The notes beneath the pieces are model-generated. The model had not been told where the DNA came from. It saw nothing but the letters and a program-made list of their open reading frames with translations, and did no database searches. 64,000 nt of DNA from a virus (taxonomy: Duplodnaviria > Caudoviricetes): positions 1,472-65,471 of IMG/VR virus record IMGVR_UViG_3300047445_000242. One strand, 5' to 3'. Position 1 is the first letter of the stretch, and the number at the start of each line of letters is the position of its first letter. Below are positions 36,308 through 45,516 of this stretch, one piece after another. The position numbers and the translations under genes were made by a program.

Positions 36308-37429
36308 TCAGGTCGGGTCAGCGCAGTAGGTGTCGATCGCGATCACGCCGAAGTCGCGCACGGTGGCGTTGTCCTTCGACTTGTAGGTGGCCTTCTTCAC
36401 GCCGAAGATCGACGAGAGGCCGATGGCCACGCTGTTTTCGTGGTCGCGCTCGACCTCGGTCCACTTGAACTTCGCGCCGCTCTCGTTGTCGCCGTAGGCC
36501 ACGAATGCGGCCTGGGCGCCCAGGAACAGGGCACGAGCGGCCGGCAGGTTGGCGCCGGCGCCGTAGTCGCCGAAGCGGATCACGTTGCGGTGCTTGTGGA
36601 TCACACAGTTCGCATACATGCCCTGGCCGCCCTTGAAGATCGGGTTGTTCCGACCTTCGGCTGCAGCTGCTGCCTTCTGGATGTCCAGCCACTGGCCGGT
36701 CGCCGTGTCCGACTTCAGCGAGTCGAACTGGAAGGTATGCATCAGCGCGACGAAGTGGTCTTCACCGTCGATGTCGATGGGCAGCATCGAGAGCTCGTCC
36801 GTGCCGTCGCCGCCCATGGTTTCGGCCTTGGCAATCGCACGGTCGATGTTGCGCAGCTTGAACGTGTCGGTCGCGGTGAGCGAGGCCTTCGACGTTGCAA
36901 CGTTGCCGTACATCTGGTGCGAGGAGTCCGGTGCCGTCAGCGGGTTGACGGTGAAGAACGGATTGGTCGCCGACCAGATGAAGCCCGTGCCGGTGCCGCG
37001 CGAGCCCGACAGGTAGATGAAATAGAGCTCGTCCATGAGCCGCTTCCACCAGTCGGTGCCGACGCGCTTGGCGTCCTGGCGGATGTTGCGAAGCGTGCGC
37101 TTCTTGGTCATCCGGCTGCCCAGGTCGAAGCCACCGCGCACCTGGTCGATGCGCATGCGGTCGGTGTAGTACTTCAGCGGCTGTTCCTTGCCGTCCAGAA
37201 CCTCGTCCATGACGACCGGCTCCTGGTTGGAAGGCATCAGCAGATCGACCGTCACTTCATCACCGGCACCGGATTCGAGGTCATCGATCCGCTGGATGGG
37301 AAGGCGGGATTCGCGGCCATTGCCGACGAACTTCTTGCCGAAATAGCTGTTCTTGTTGACGGCCACAGCCGTCGCGGTCGCCCAACGCTTGACTGCTTGG
37401 GGATCGTTCACGCCAATAAGGGTGCGCAT
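36308..37429 (-). CDS. Major capsid protein, N4-gp56 family
   Basis: IGVNDPQAVKRW, DLESGAGD.VTVDL, IDQVRGG, WLDIQKAAAAAEGRNNPIFKG, RALFLGAQA, DFGVIAIDT. AAAGGA RBS. Confidence 0.93.
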   Translation of the reverse strand: MRTLIGVNDPQAVKRWATATAVAVNKNSYFGKKFVGNGRESRLPIQRIDDLESGAGDEVTVDLLMPSNQEPVVMDEVLDGKEQPLKYYTDRMRIDQVRGGFDLGSRMTKKRTLRNIRQDAKRVGTDWWKRLMDELYFIYLSGSRGTGTGFIWSATNPFFTVNPLTAPDSSHQMYGNVATSKASLTATDTFKLRNIDRAIAKAETMGGDGTDELSMLPIDIDGEDHFVALMHTFQFDSLKSDTATGQWLDIQKAAAAAEGRNNPIFKGGQGMYANCVIHKHRNVIRFGDYGAGANLPAARALFLGAQAAFVAYGDNESGAKFKWTEVERDHENSVAIGLSSIFGVKKATYKSKDNATVRDFGVIAIDTYCADPT

Positions 37430-37584
37430 GTCGAGAGGTCCTTTCGCTCGGGTTTCGAGCTCCTGGCGCCTCTTGCGCACATACCTGGGAAACCGCCAGG
37501 CCGGCTCGGTTCGCTCCCAACGCCTTCCAGCGTGTCTGCGTCCCGATGGCGCGAATTATGGCCGTGTCAAGCCTTCGCGCGTGA

Positions 37585-37624
37585 GGGGTCGAATTAGGAA
37601 TTCATTGAAAACCTAATTCGCCCC
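37585..37624. promoter_or_regulatory. Inverted repeat upstream of the capsid leader
   Basis: GGGGtCGAATTAGG...CCTAATTCGCCCC around an AT-rich spacer. Confidence 0.45.
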
Positions 37625-37633
37625 GTCTTCTTT

Positions 37634-37957
37634 TTACAAATAAATGGCCTGGATCGGGCTCGCGTGCTCGGGCAGCAAGTCCTCTCGACGATCGATGCGG
37701 AGGTCAGCTGCGACCCGCAGGTAAAGGCGGGCCTGGCGCACCAGCATCCGCTCCACTTCGATCACGAGACGCCCGTTGTCCACTTCGGCCCGGTGGCCGT
37801 GATGCAGCTGTGCCTTCTCCACGCCATCGACTCGCACCGAAACGCGGGGCTTGTTGCCTCCCACGCCTCGGTCCAACACCACCACGATCCGCCCTCGCTC
37901 GAACGTCAGCATTTCGAGCGTCTCCAGGGTTCGTTTGAGGTGGTGCTGAGTGCTCAT
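37634..37957 (-). CDS. CsrA/RsmA-like protein, apparently two tandem units
   Basis: Two beta-rich units: LTFERGRIVVVL..GNKPRVSV and EVDNGRLVIEV..RQARLYLRVAADLRIDRRE. ATGA-coupled to the scaffold gene. Confidence 0.5.
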   Translation of the reverse strand: MSTQHHLKRTLETLEMLTFERGRIVVVLDRGVGGNKPRVSVRVDGVEKAQLHHGHRAEVDNGRLVIEVERMLVRQARLYLRVAADLRIDRREDLLPEHASPIQAIYL

Positions 37958-39036
37958 CGCGACAGGTAGCGGTCCATCTGGTCGGGTGTCAGGGCCGCCA
38001 CAGCCGTCTCCAGGGCGGAGTCGTCCAGGCCTTCCAGGTGGCCGAACTCGCCGCCGGCGACGTTGGCCGCCGCGGCTTCGGGTGCGCCTGCCAGGGTCGG
38101 AGGCAGCTTGGACAGGTCCGGGCGGCGCTCGGCCCGCAGCTGGGCTTCGGTCTTGGCGGCCGCCGCCGGCGCTGCAGCAGGCGCAGCGGCCGGGGCCACC
38201 GCCGCCGTGGTCTTGCCGAACAGTTTCTTCATGTCGTTGACGGCGTTGTCGAGCGCCCACTGGCTGGCGGCCAGGTTGCGGCCGTCCTTGATGCCCTTGG
38301 CCGTCGCCTCGTCGCCCCACATGCCCGTCACCTTGTCGAAGCGTCGCAGCGTCGCCTCGTCGATCGGGATGCCAGCGGCCTTCAGCTGCTCGACCGCGAC
38401 CTGGCGCTTGTCACTGTAGAGCGCGTCGAGGCTGGCCTGCTGGTTGTCCACGAAAGCGGCGTCGCGGGCGATCGCCCGGTTCAGCGTGTCCACCGTCGAG
38501 TTGGTCTTGGTCTCGATCGCGTCATATTCCTCGTTCGAGAGCTCACCGTCGATCAGCTTCGCGCGAGCCGCGGAGACCTCGGCGCGGGCGGCCGCGATCT
38601 GGGTCTCAGCGTCGGCCGGCGCGTGCGGCCGGTAGGCCGGAATTTCCTGTGCCACGTAGGTGGTCGGGTCGATTCCGGCGAAGTCGTCGGCCGGTGCGGC
38701 GGCTGCAGGGGCCGCCGCGGGCGCTGGCGGGGCCGCCGCTGCGTCATCGGCCGCTGGTGCAGCTGCTGGTGCCGCCGGCGCTGCTGGGGGCGCTGGCGGG
38801 GCTGCGGTGAGGTCTGCGGCCGGTGCAGCTGCGGGAGCGGCCGCCGGCGCGGGGGCTGGTGCGGCGGTCGGATCGAAGCCGGCGTCGAGGTCCTTGGCGG
38901 CCTGGGCACGGGCGGCGAGCTCGGGATCGACCTCGGCAAAGGCGTTGCGCTCCTCGTCGGTCGGCTCGTCGGGGTCCTTGCCGTCGAACTGGAGCTCGTA
39001 GTCGAGGCGGTTGCTGATTTTTTCGTCGATGGCCAT
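37954..39036 (-). CDS. Capsid scaffolding protein
   Basis: Acidic, Ala/Pro linker, LPPTLAG.P and C-terminal LTPDQMDRYL. Upstream of the MCP gene. Confidence 0.75.
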   Translation of the reverse strand: MAIDEKISNRLDYELQFDGKDPDEPTDEERNAFAEVDPELAARAQAAKDLDAGFDPTAAPAPAPAAAPAAAPAADLTAAPPAPPAAPAAPAAAPAADDAAAAPPAPAAAPAAAAPADDFAGIDPTTYVAQEIPAYRPHAPADAETQIAAARAEVSAARAKLIDGELSNEEYDAIETKTNSTVDTLNRAIARDAAFVDNQQASLDALYSDKRQVAVEQLKAAGIPIDEATLRRFDKVTGMWGDEATAKGIKDGRNLAASQWALDNAVNDMKKLFGKTTAAVAPAAAPAAAPAAAAKTEAQLRAERRPDLSKLPPTLAGAPEAAAANVAGGEFGHLEGLDDSALETAVAALTPDQMDRYLSR

Positions 39037-39038
39037 GG

Positions 39039-39554
39039 TTAGGTCCTTTCAGTGGTGGTGGTTGGGCGGTTGAAGTAGGCGACAGCCATGTTTCCGGCGT
39101 AGCTGTTGGCGCGGCAGGAGGCGATCAGTTCCTGGTGGTCGGGCTGGCCGTCTCGGGCCGCGGCCACCGCATCGGCGACGCGCGTGCACGTCTCCGCCAG
39201 GTAGACGAACGGATCGGGCCCGTTGTCGATCGGCAGGATTGCCGCGTTGTAGGCGCGCACCTGGTCGCGGATGTCGGCCATCGCCTGGCACGAGGCCTCG
39301 AACGGCGCATGTCGCCACTCGCTGGGCAACATCGACCAGCGCGACAGGACCCGCTTGGCGCGGAAGGTCGGGCCCTCCTGCACCACGTAGGCCGCGGTGA
39401 TGACCTCCAGTTCGTTCGCCGCATGGGAGACGTGCTCGAACTGAACCAGGGGCGCCACCGGTGCGCGGATCGAGCCATTGAGCTCGCGCCACACCGGCGG
39501 CTTGGGCCAAAAGCCGCGGTTATCCGCGGCAGGGATGGGGTAGTCCTTGGTCAC
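39039..39554 (-). CDS. Hypothetical protein
   Basis: GTGA-coupled 171-aa ORF. Confidence 0.55.
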   Translation of the reverse strand: MTKDYPIPAADNRGFWPKPPVWRELNGSIRAPVAPLVQFEHVSHAANELEVITAAYVVQEGPTFRAKRVLSRWSMLPSEWRHAPFEASCQAMADIRDQVRAYNAAILPIDNGPDPFVYLAETCTRVADAVAAARDGQPDHQELIASCRANSYAGNMAVAYFNRPTTTTERT

Positions 39555-41965
39555 TTCGACACCTGTGCCTGCTTGACCTGGTAGGGCATCCACTCGCACC
39601 ACGAGCCGGACCCTGGTGCCGGGTCGCCCGGCTGCACCAGGGTCACGCTCGTGAAGGCGTGGTGGTTGCCGGCGTGGTCGGTCACGTCGAGATTGACCAT
39701 GCGATCGCTCCACACGTAGACCACGCCGGCGTTCAGCGGCTGGTCCTTGCTGTTGACGACAAAGCCGGTCGAGCCCATGTTCGGATCAGGGTGGAACCAC
39801 ACGCGGCGGCCGATGGTGGGCGCGATGGCTTCGAGCTTTTCGGGAGCCGACATCGGGACCTTCAATGTGTCGAGCGCCTGGGCCGTGATTTCTCCCATGT
39901 CGAGCTTCACGGCCTGCTCGTCCAGCGCGGGCGCCAGCGCGTCAGGCGTCGCCGGCGACTTGATGCTGATGCGCCCGCTTTCGCTGTCCACCGTGATGAT
40001 GTCGCCGCGGTGGAAGTACAGCGATTCGCTCGGGGCGTTGCCCTCAACGATGTAGCAGCTGTCGTTCTCGTGCGTGACCTGGTGGCCGTGGAACTGGAAG
40101 GACCAGGCCAGGCCGTTGGTCACTTTCCAACGGTTGAGCTCTGCTTGCTCCAGGCCGTAGTTAACGAACTGCGCCCAGTCGTAGGTCAGGTTCACCTTGA
40201 TCGGCTGCTTCTGCGGCGCCACCGCGCCGGCGTGCAACGTCTTGCCGAGCTCGAAGAAGCCAGCCGCATCGTCGATGGTGGTGCCAGCAGGCACGGTGCC
40301 GATCGTGATGGACTCGCCCGCCTCGGAGTCATGCATGTTCTTTCCGAGAGGATCGATGGCCGCCGTCCAAATCGAGTTGTTGGCCTCAAACACGGTCTTG
40401 AGGCCAACAGGGACGGGGTTCTCCAGGAGACGGGCCACGCCGCGGGCTCGCATGAGGGCGACGCCACTTTCGCTTCGGGCGATGTGCAGCGCGTAGCCCG
40501 GATGTTCGGTGAGCGGGAGCCATGCTTCAAGCGTAGCTGGCGACTTCGTAGTCTTCAGGAGCCAGGTGGCCACGTCCTGGCGCGGGACTGCCTCGCCCAC
40601 CGCCTTCAAGTCCTTGGCGGCCTCGGCTGCAGCAGCGATCGCCGCCTCTCCAGCGCGCGGGATGGGCGCGCCAGGCCGCTCGTCGTCGGCGTCAACGGTG
40701 AGCCAGGGCTCGACATCGACGGTCACGCCATTGGAGGCGGCGAAGGGGTAGGACGGTTTGAAGCGCGGCCGCATGCTGGTCTCTGCTTCGTACTGGTAGT
40801 CCGCGAACTCCTGCAGCGCCAGGCGCACGGCGCCGGTGAAAAGGTCGTCGCCGATGGTTGCGTGGGTCAGCACCAGGCCGAGGCGACGCGCCGGATAGGC
40901 GATGACCGGACGCAAGGGCTTGGCCGCGATCGCTTCGAGCTCGCGCGCCTGTTCAGGCGTCTCCTCGGGATAGCCGCCCTCTGATGCAGGGACCACTTCA
41001 AGAAGCTCGGCGTAGATCGACAAGGTGATGGCCGTCGAGTCTTCGACGATCGCCAGGGTCGGCGTTTTTTCGTCGCGTCCGATGTAGCGGTAGAGGTCGC
41101 CCGGCCCGTCCTTCAAGCGAACGATCTTGTCGGCAAATGGGTCGGGTTCCGGGGCTGCAACGGGCTCCTTCTTCTGGCTCGCGCGGTAGTGCGCATCGCG
41201 GTCCATGTCCACGTCGAACATATGGCGCATGAGCGCGGCCGCGGCGTAGTTGGACTCACGGCGATCGAGCTCGATGCCCAGGCGTTGGAGGGCATCGGCC
41301 ATCGGCCCGGCGATGTTGCATTGCCAGGCCCAGGCGTAGCCCAAGTCCTTGGCCATGGCCGCCTTGATGGCGTTCATCGCGTTGGGGATGTCGCCGGCGA
41401 ACTTCCCGCCCTGCTTGAGGTATGCGGCCAGGCGATCGAGCTCGTCGCGGCTGAGCCCGGCCTGGTTGGTGCGGTAGTTTTCGCGGGCCTCGAACACGGC
41501 CTTCATGAGCCTGGCTTGCTCATCGTCGAAGACTGGGGCGGAGCCGTATGGCGGGCGCCACTCGACGCCGCCAGTGTGCTCGTAGCCCAGTGTTGCGAGC
41601 GTCTTGAGCGCCGCGGCGATCGGGTGGCCATCGGGTGGCGCAGGAAACTCGAGCGTGGTTTTCGGCTGCCCCACCAGGTCGATCGTCAGCTTCGCCTTGC
41701 CTTCGCCGTCGATGGTCAGTTCGCCGCCGATCACGGGGTTCGCCGGCGGAGGTGCGGGCTCGTTGCTGGCGCAGTTGGGCGGCGAGAGGAGCTCGACTGC
41801 CTTCTTCAACGATTCCCTCTTGTCGAGGAGGGAGAGGTCCTCACGGCGCGTTCTCCAGAGGTCTGAAATGAGTTGGCGCTGGCTCGCGATGTTGTCGCGC
41901 ACCTGGTCTTCGACCTCTTGCAGCTGGTTGTGAATGCTCGCGAGAGCGGGGTTCTGTTCGGACAT
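39551..41965 (-). CDS. Large mosaic multidomain hypothetical protein
   Basis: 804 aa with several globular blocks separated by Pro/Ala linkers. Confidence 0.75.
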   Translation of the reverse strand: MSEQNPALASIHNQLQEVEDQVRDNIASQRQLISDLWRTRREDLSLLDKRESLKKAVELLSPPNCASNEPAPPPANPVIGGELTIDGEGKAKLTIDLVGQPKTTLEFPAPPDGHPIAAALKTLATLGYEHTGGVEWRPPYGSAPVFDDEQARLMKAVFEARENYRTNQAGLSRDELDRLAAYLKQGGKFAGDIPNAMNAIKAAMAKDLGYAWAWQCNIAGPMADALQRLGIELDRRESNYAAAALMRHMFDVDMDRDAHYRASQKKEPVAAPEPDPFADKIVRLKDGPGDLYRYIGRDEKTPTLAIVEDSTAITLSIYAELLEVVPASEGGYPEETPEQARELEAIAAKPLRPVIAYPARRLGLVLTHATIGDDLFTGAVRLALQEFADYQYEAETSMRPRFKPSYPFAASNGVTVDVEPWLTVDADDERPGAPIPRAGEAAIAAAAEAAKDLKAVGEAVPRQDVATWLLKTTKSPATLEAWLPLTEHPGYALHIARSESGVALMRARGVARLLENPVPVGLKTVFEANNSIWTAAIDPLGKNMHDSEAGESITIGTVPAGTTIDDAAGFFELGKTLHAGAVAPQKQPIKVNLTYDWAQFVNYGLEQAELNRWKVTNGLAWSFQFHGHQVTHENDSCYIVEGNAPSESLYFHRGDIITVDSESGRISIKSPATPDALAPALDEQAVKLDMGEITAQALDTLKVPMSAPEKLEAIAPTIGRRVWFHPDPNMGSTGFVVNSKDQPLNAGVVYVWSDRMVNLDVTDHAGNHHAFTSVTLVQPGDPAPGSGSWCEWMPYQVKQAQVSK

Positions 41966-42035
41966 GGCTTCTTGCCTTTCTGTGATGGCGGTGGTGGTGC
42001 ACTCCAGGCGCGGGATGCGCCCGGCGGGTGCTGGG

Positions 42036-44477
42036 TCAGCCCGGCGGCTGCAGTTCCTCGGGTCCCGCGATTGCGGTGGGCGTAGGCGCTGCGAGCTCGG
42101 GCGGTTGTGGTGGTGCCGGCGGTGCCTCCAGGTCGGCCGGTGCTGGATTCTGACTCATTGGTGGCACGCCGCCGCCGGCATCGTCCATCGGCGGCGGTGC
42201 CAGGCCTGCGGAGGCATCTGGCGCCGGCGCCGCGGGCATGCCGCGCTGCGCTGCATTGAGGGCGTCACTCGGCTGCGTGGTGTCCAGACCCGCGGCCGTG
42301 GAGATTTCGTCGGCTGCGTCGATCGCGTGCGGGTTCTGCATCACGATGCCCGCGGCTTCGAGCGACGACATCATCACATCCATGCGCTTCACGGCCGCCT
42401 CGACGTTGGCCACCATGGCGTCCTGTTGGGCCTTGTCGGCCAGGCCCTGCTTGAGCTTGAGCTCGGCCTCGCCCATGAGCTTCACGAGCTCGGCGGCTTG
42501 CTCCTCGTCCTTGGCCTTCACCTGGTCCTGTGCCTGCTCGGCGGGCGTGAGGGGCTTGCTCGGATCGCGCTGGCCGTTGAGCTTGCGGATGCGGTTGACC
42601 CACTCCTCTTTCCCCTCGATGTCGGCGTTCTGCACCACCAGGTCGAGCACGTTGAGCACCACTTGCGGGGCGAACGTCGCGATCTTGCCAAGGAGGTCGA
42701 ACATCTGTTCGAGCGCGGCCTGCGCCAGGTGCGATCGGTAGTCCTGTGCGTCCACCTCGAAGTCGGCCTGGCGCTGGGTGATGTCGTTTTGAAAGCCGCC
42801 GGTCTCGGGGTCGTACTCGTTGATAACAACCCACTCGATCGGCTTGGCCTTGCCGGTGATGCGCACGGCCTTGCGCTCGGTCCAGAATTGCTCCATGTGC
42901 GACAGGCGCAGCTTGCCGGCCTGCTTGATCGCAATGAGCAAGTTGTCGAACAGTTCGGCGGTGGTGAGCGAGCCCTGGTCCTGCTTGGCCAAGATGGCCT
43001 TACCGGACTGCGAGCCAGGCCCGAGTCCCAGGTTCTCGTCGGTCACGCCGCCGATGTTGCGCATCGCCTGTTGGTTCTGCTGGGCGAGCTCCAGGTTGCC
43101 GCGCACGTCCGTGGTGTTCTCGACGAACTGCACCTGCGAGTTACGCTTTTTGATAATCATCGCGTCGGGGCGTGCGGCCTCCTCGCGCAGCGCCTCGAAG
43201 TCGTCCACCGCGTCTTCATCGGCGATGACCCGATTCAGCGACAGGGACCAGAGCGCCTTCGAGCGGCGCTTGTTCGTGTCGTCGGACAGGTCGCGCATGC
43301 CGCGCCACACACCGTAGGCCTGGCCATCACGAGCTCGACGGTAGGCATAGATCGGGATGAGGCTGAACTGGCCATGCCGGAAGGGGCTGTCGCCGTCCCA
43401 GAGCACGGTGTTCTCGGTGCACAGCATGACGCGCATGCGCATGCGCACAGCGTTGCGCAACCAGGCGCCTTTCTTCTTCTCCCAGGCCATGCGCGGGTCT
43501 TCCTTGTTCAGGATTTGGCCGTCGAAGTTTCCGCCCACGAACACCTCGACCGACTGCGGCACGCGGTACCAGGCCTCGACCAGATCGACAGAGAGACGGC
43601 GGCCCGAGTCGAAGTAACCCGGTTGCATCATGTAGGCGCCACGCTCCTCGAAGCTGGTGGCCTTGCGCACGCCCATTTCGCTGGCACTGGTGAGCTTCTG
43701 GCCGAGGTACCAGGGGCCCTCGTTGTCGAAGGCTTCCTCGCTGCGCTTGTACGCCTCGACCATGAGGCGCTCGGTCGAGGAGGAGCGCACGGGCTCGAAC
43801 AGGGCGCACGCATAGTCGAGGTCGATGGTCTTGCGGCGGAACATCACCCGAGCGTCGCGCTGCATGATGTCGCGCGATCGGCTGTCCCGCAGCACGTTGC
43901 GCCAGTCTTCGCCGCCACCGTAGAGGATTTCCTCCTCGGGGTTCGGGTTGATGGCCTCCTCCAGGAACGAGAGGCCGGCGACGACCGCCTGCTTGAAGCG
44001 GCGCGATCGCTCCCAGGCCGTCATGTTGATGTCGTCGGTGTACTTCAGCAGCTTGGTCTTGAGCTCGGCGCCGTTCTCGTCGCCTGGCTCGCGCGGCTGC
44101 ACCTTGTAGTCCTTGCGCAGGCGCTTCTCCATGCCGCTGATCCACTCGATGGTCTGGCGCCCTTCGTTGAACACGAGAGGCGCCTGGCCGCGGGCTTCGA
44201 GCGCGGCCGCGTCCTCGGGTCGCCAGTGCAGGCCATCGTTGTAATCCTCGTCGATCGCCATGTGATAGCGCTCCTCCTGCTGGCGATCGCCCTCGTCGTG
44301 CAGCACGTCCATCAACGAGGCGTGCCGGCGGCGCTCGCCCTCCTCGACGGTCTGGGCGCCCTCGTCGCCATCCTTGCCGAACACGGCGATCTGCTTCGGG
44401 TCGTCGCCTGGCGCGAGAGGCCGCGGCGCGGTGGAGCCCATCGGCTCGGGCTTGGTTGGTACGCGGACCTCAAACAT
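42036..44477 (-). CDS. Portal protein
   Basis: LEARGQAPLVFN, YGVWRGMRD, NKRRSK, GVTDENLG, SGKAILAKQDQG motifs. Confidence 0.9.
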   Translation of the reverse strand: MFEVRVPTKPEPMGSTAPRPLAPGDDPKQIAVFGKDGDEGAQTVEEGERRRHASLMDVLHDEGDRQQEERYHMAIDEDYNDGLHWRPEDAAALEARGQAPLVFNEGRQTIEWISGMEKRLRKDYKVQPREPGDENGAELKTKLLKYTDDINMTAWERSRRFKQAVVAGLSFLEEAINPNPEEEILYGGGEDWRNVLRDSRSRDIMQRDARVMFRRKTIDLDYACALFEPVRSSSTERLMVEAYKRSEEAFDNEGPWYLGQKLTSASEMGVRKATSFEERGAYMMQPGYFDSGRRLSVDLVEAWYRVPQSVEVFVGGNFDGQILNKEDPRMAWEKKKGAWLRNAVRMRMRVMLCTENTVLWDGDSPFRHGQFSLIPIYAYRRARDGQAYGVWRGMRDLSDDTNKRRSKALWSLSLNRVIADEDAVDDFEALREEAARPDAMIIKKRNSQVQFVENTTDVRGNLELAQQNQQAMRNIGGVTDENLGLGPGSQSGKAILAKQDQGSLTTAELFDNLLIAIKQAGKLRLSHMEQFWTERKAVRITGKAKPIEWVVINEYDPETGGFQNDITQRQADFEVDAQDYRSHLAQAALEQMFDLLGKIATFAPQVVLNVLDLVVQNADIEGKEEWVNRIRKLNGQRDPSKPLTPAEQAQDQVKAKDEEQAAELVKLMGEAELKLKQGLADKAQQDAMVANVEAAVKRMDVMMSSLEAAGIVMQNPHAIDAADEISTAAGLDTTQPSDALNAAQRGMPAAPAPDASAGLAPPPMDDAGGGVPPMSQNPAPADLEAPPAPPQPPELAAPTPTAIAGPEELQPPG

Positions 44478-44487
44478 GATTGCTCCC

Positions 44488-44982
44488 TTAGTGCAGTTCG
44501 GAATGGATGATGCGGTCGCCGGCGCGCACCGTGACCTCGATGCCCTTGATGCGGCGCTTCATGGCCAGGGCGTCGGGCTGCTCGCTCGGCATCTTGATGA
44601 GGTCGGGCATGGCCTCCAGCACCAGGTCGAAAACGCGGTGCTTGGCGGCCTTGTCGTTCATGTCGAAGCCCAGCTGTTGCACGGCGGCCATCACGGCCAT
44701 GAGGAACGAGTCTGGGATGCCGTTGCCGTCCGCGGCCGCGTACAGGAAGGCGTTGCGCTGGGGGATGACGTAAGAGCCGGTGTCCATGCGTCGGTACGCG
44801 CTGAAAAGGCACATGCACGGGACCGGGCCGTCCTCCTCGAAGGTCGGGTCGCTGGCCTTCACATCGATCCACTGGAGCGAGGCGATCACGTCGCCCTTGT
44901 GGAACGTGCGCCAGGAGCGCTCGCCCCCGAGCTCGACCATTGGTGACCCCTTGGGTCCGAGGATTGTGGGTGCGTGATTCAT
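44488..44982 (-). CDS. Hypothetical protein
   Basis: 164 aa, ends PDLIKMPSE-type motif. Lies between terminase and portal. Confidence 0.65.
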   Translation of the reverse strand: MNHAPTILGPKGSPMVELGGERSWRTFHKGDVIASLQWIDVKASDPTFEEDGPVPCMCLFSAYRRMDTGSYVIPQRNAFLYAAADGNGIPDSFLMAVMAAVQQLGFDMNDKAAKHRVFDLVLEAMPDLIKMPSEQPDALAMKRRIKGIEVTVRAGDRIIHSELH

Positions 44983-45215
44983 TGCTGGAGCTCCTGGGTG
45001 GTGGTTGGTTGACGGTGTTGCTGCTGCTCGACGGTGAAGACGCCGCACAGCGAGTGAGGATGTGCGCCTTCGGTGGCGTTGATGTTCATGGTGCCCTGGT
45101 GCCGGCCGCTGGCCAGCGCGAGGGCGATCTGGGCCAGGCCTGCCCGGTAGAGGTCGGCCAGGCCTGCGCCTGAGTCGGCCTCGATCGTCATGGCGATCGT
45201 GATGGCGCGCCTCAT
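44979..45215 (-). CDS. Hypothetical protein
   Basis: ATGA overlaps at both ends. Confidence 0.5.
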   Translation of the reverse strand: MRRAITIAMTIEADSGAGLADLYRAGLAQIALALASGRHQGTMNINATEGAHPHSLCGVFTVEQQQHRQPTTTQELQQ

Positions 45216-45487
45216 TGGGTGGCCTGCGAGGTGCTGCCCAGGCGGGCGAAGACGCCGAGCCAGCCGCCGGCGTGCACCACGCACTCGACAGACTGGTCAT
45301 CGGTCCCGTAGTCGAGGCCCATGGACTGGGGCTCGACCTTGGCCAGCGCCTTGGTCGCGAGGAAGTTTTCCAACGTCTCGGCGTTCACCAGGTCATCGCG
45401 CTGGCGCATCAAGGCGTCACGCTTTCGCTCGTGGTCGGCGATCTTGTTCTCGACGTGCAGGCGTAGCTCTCGGATGCGTTTTGACAT
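45212..45487 (-). CDS. Hypothetical protein
   Basis: MSKRIRELR..., GGAG RBS. Confidence 0.55.
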   Translation of the reverse strand: MSKRIRELRLHVENKIADHERKRDALMRQRDDLVNAETLENFLATKALAKVEPQSMGLDYGTDDQSVECVVHAGGWLGVFARLGSTSQATQ

Positions 45488-45516
45488 GGTGGTGCTCCGG
45501 TGGTGGTGAATGCGCT

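Noticed and set aside
38690-38875. GCC/GCT-rich quasi-repeats, also at 19670-19710 and 63880-63950
   Set aside because: They encode Ala/Pro linkers, not CRISPR or DNA-level repeats.
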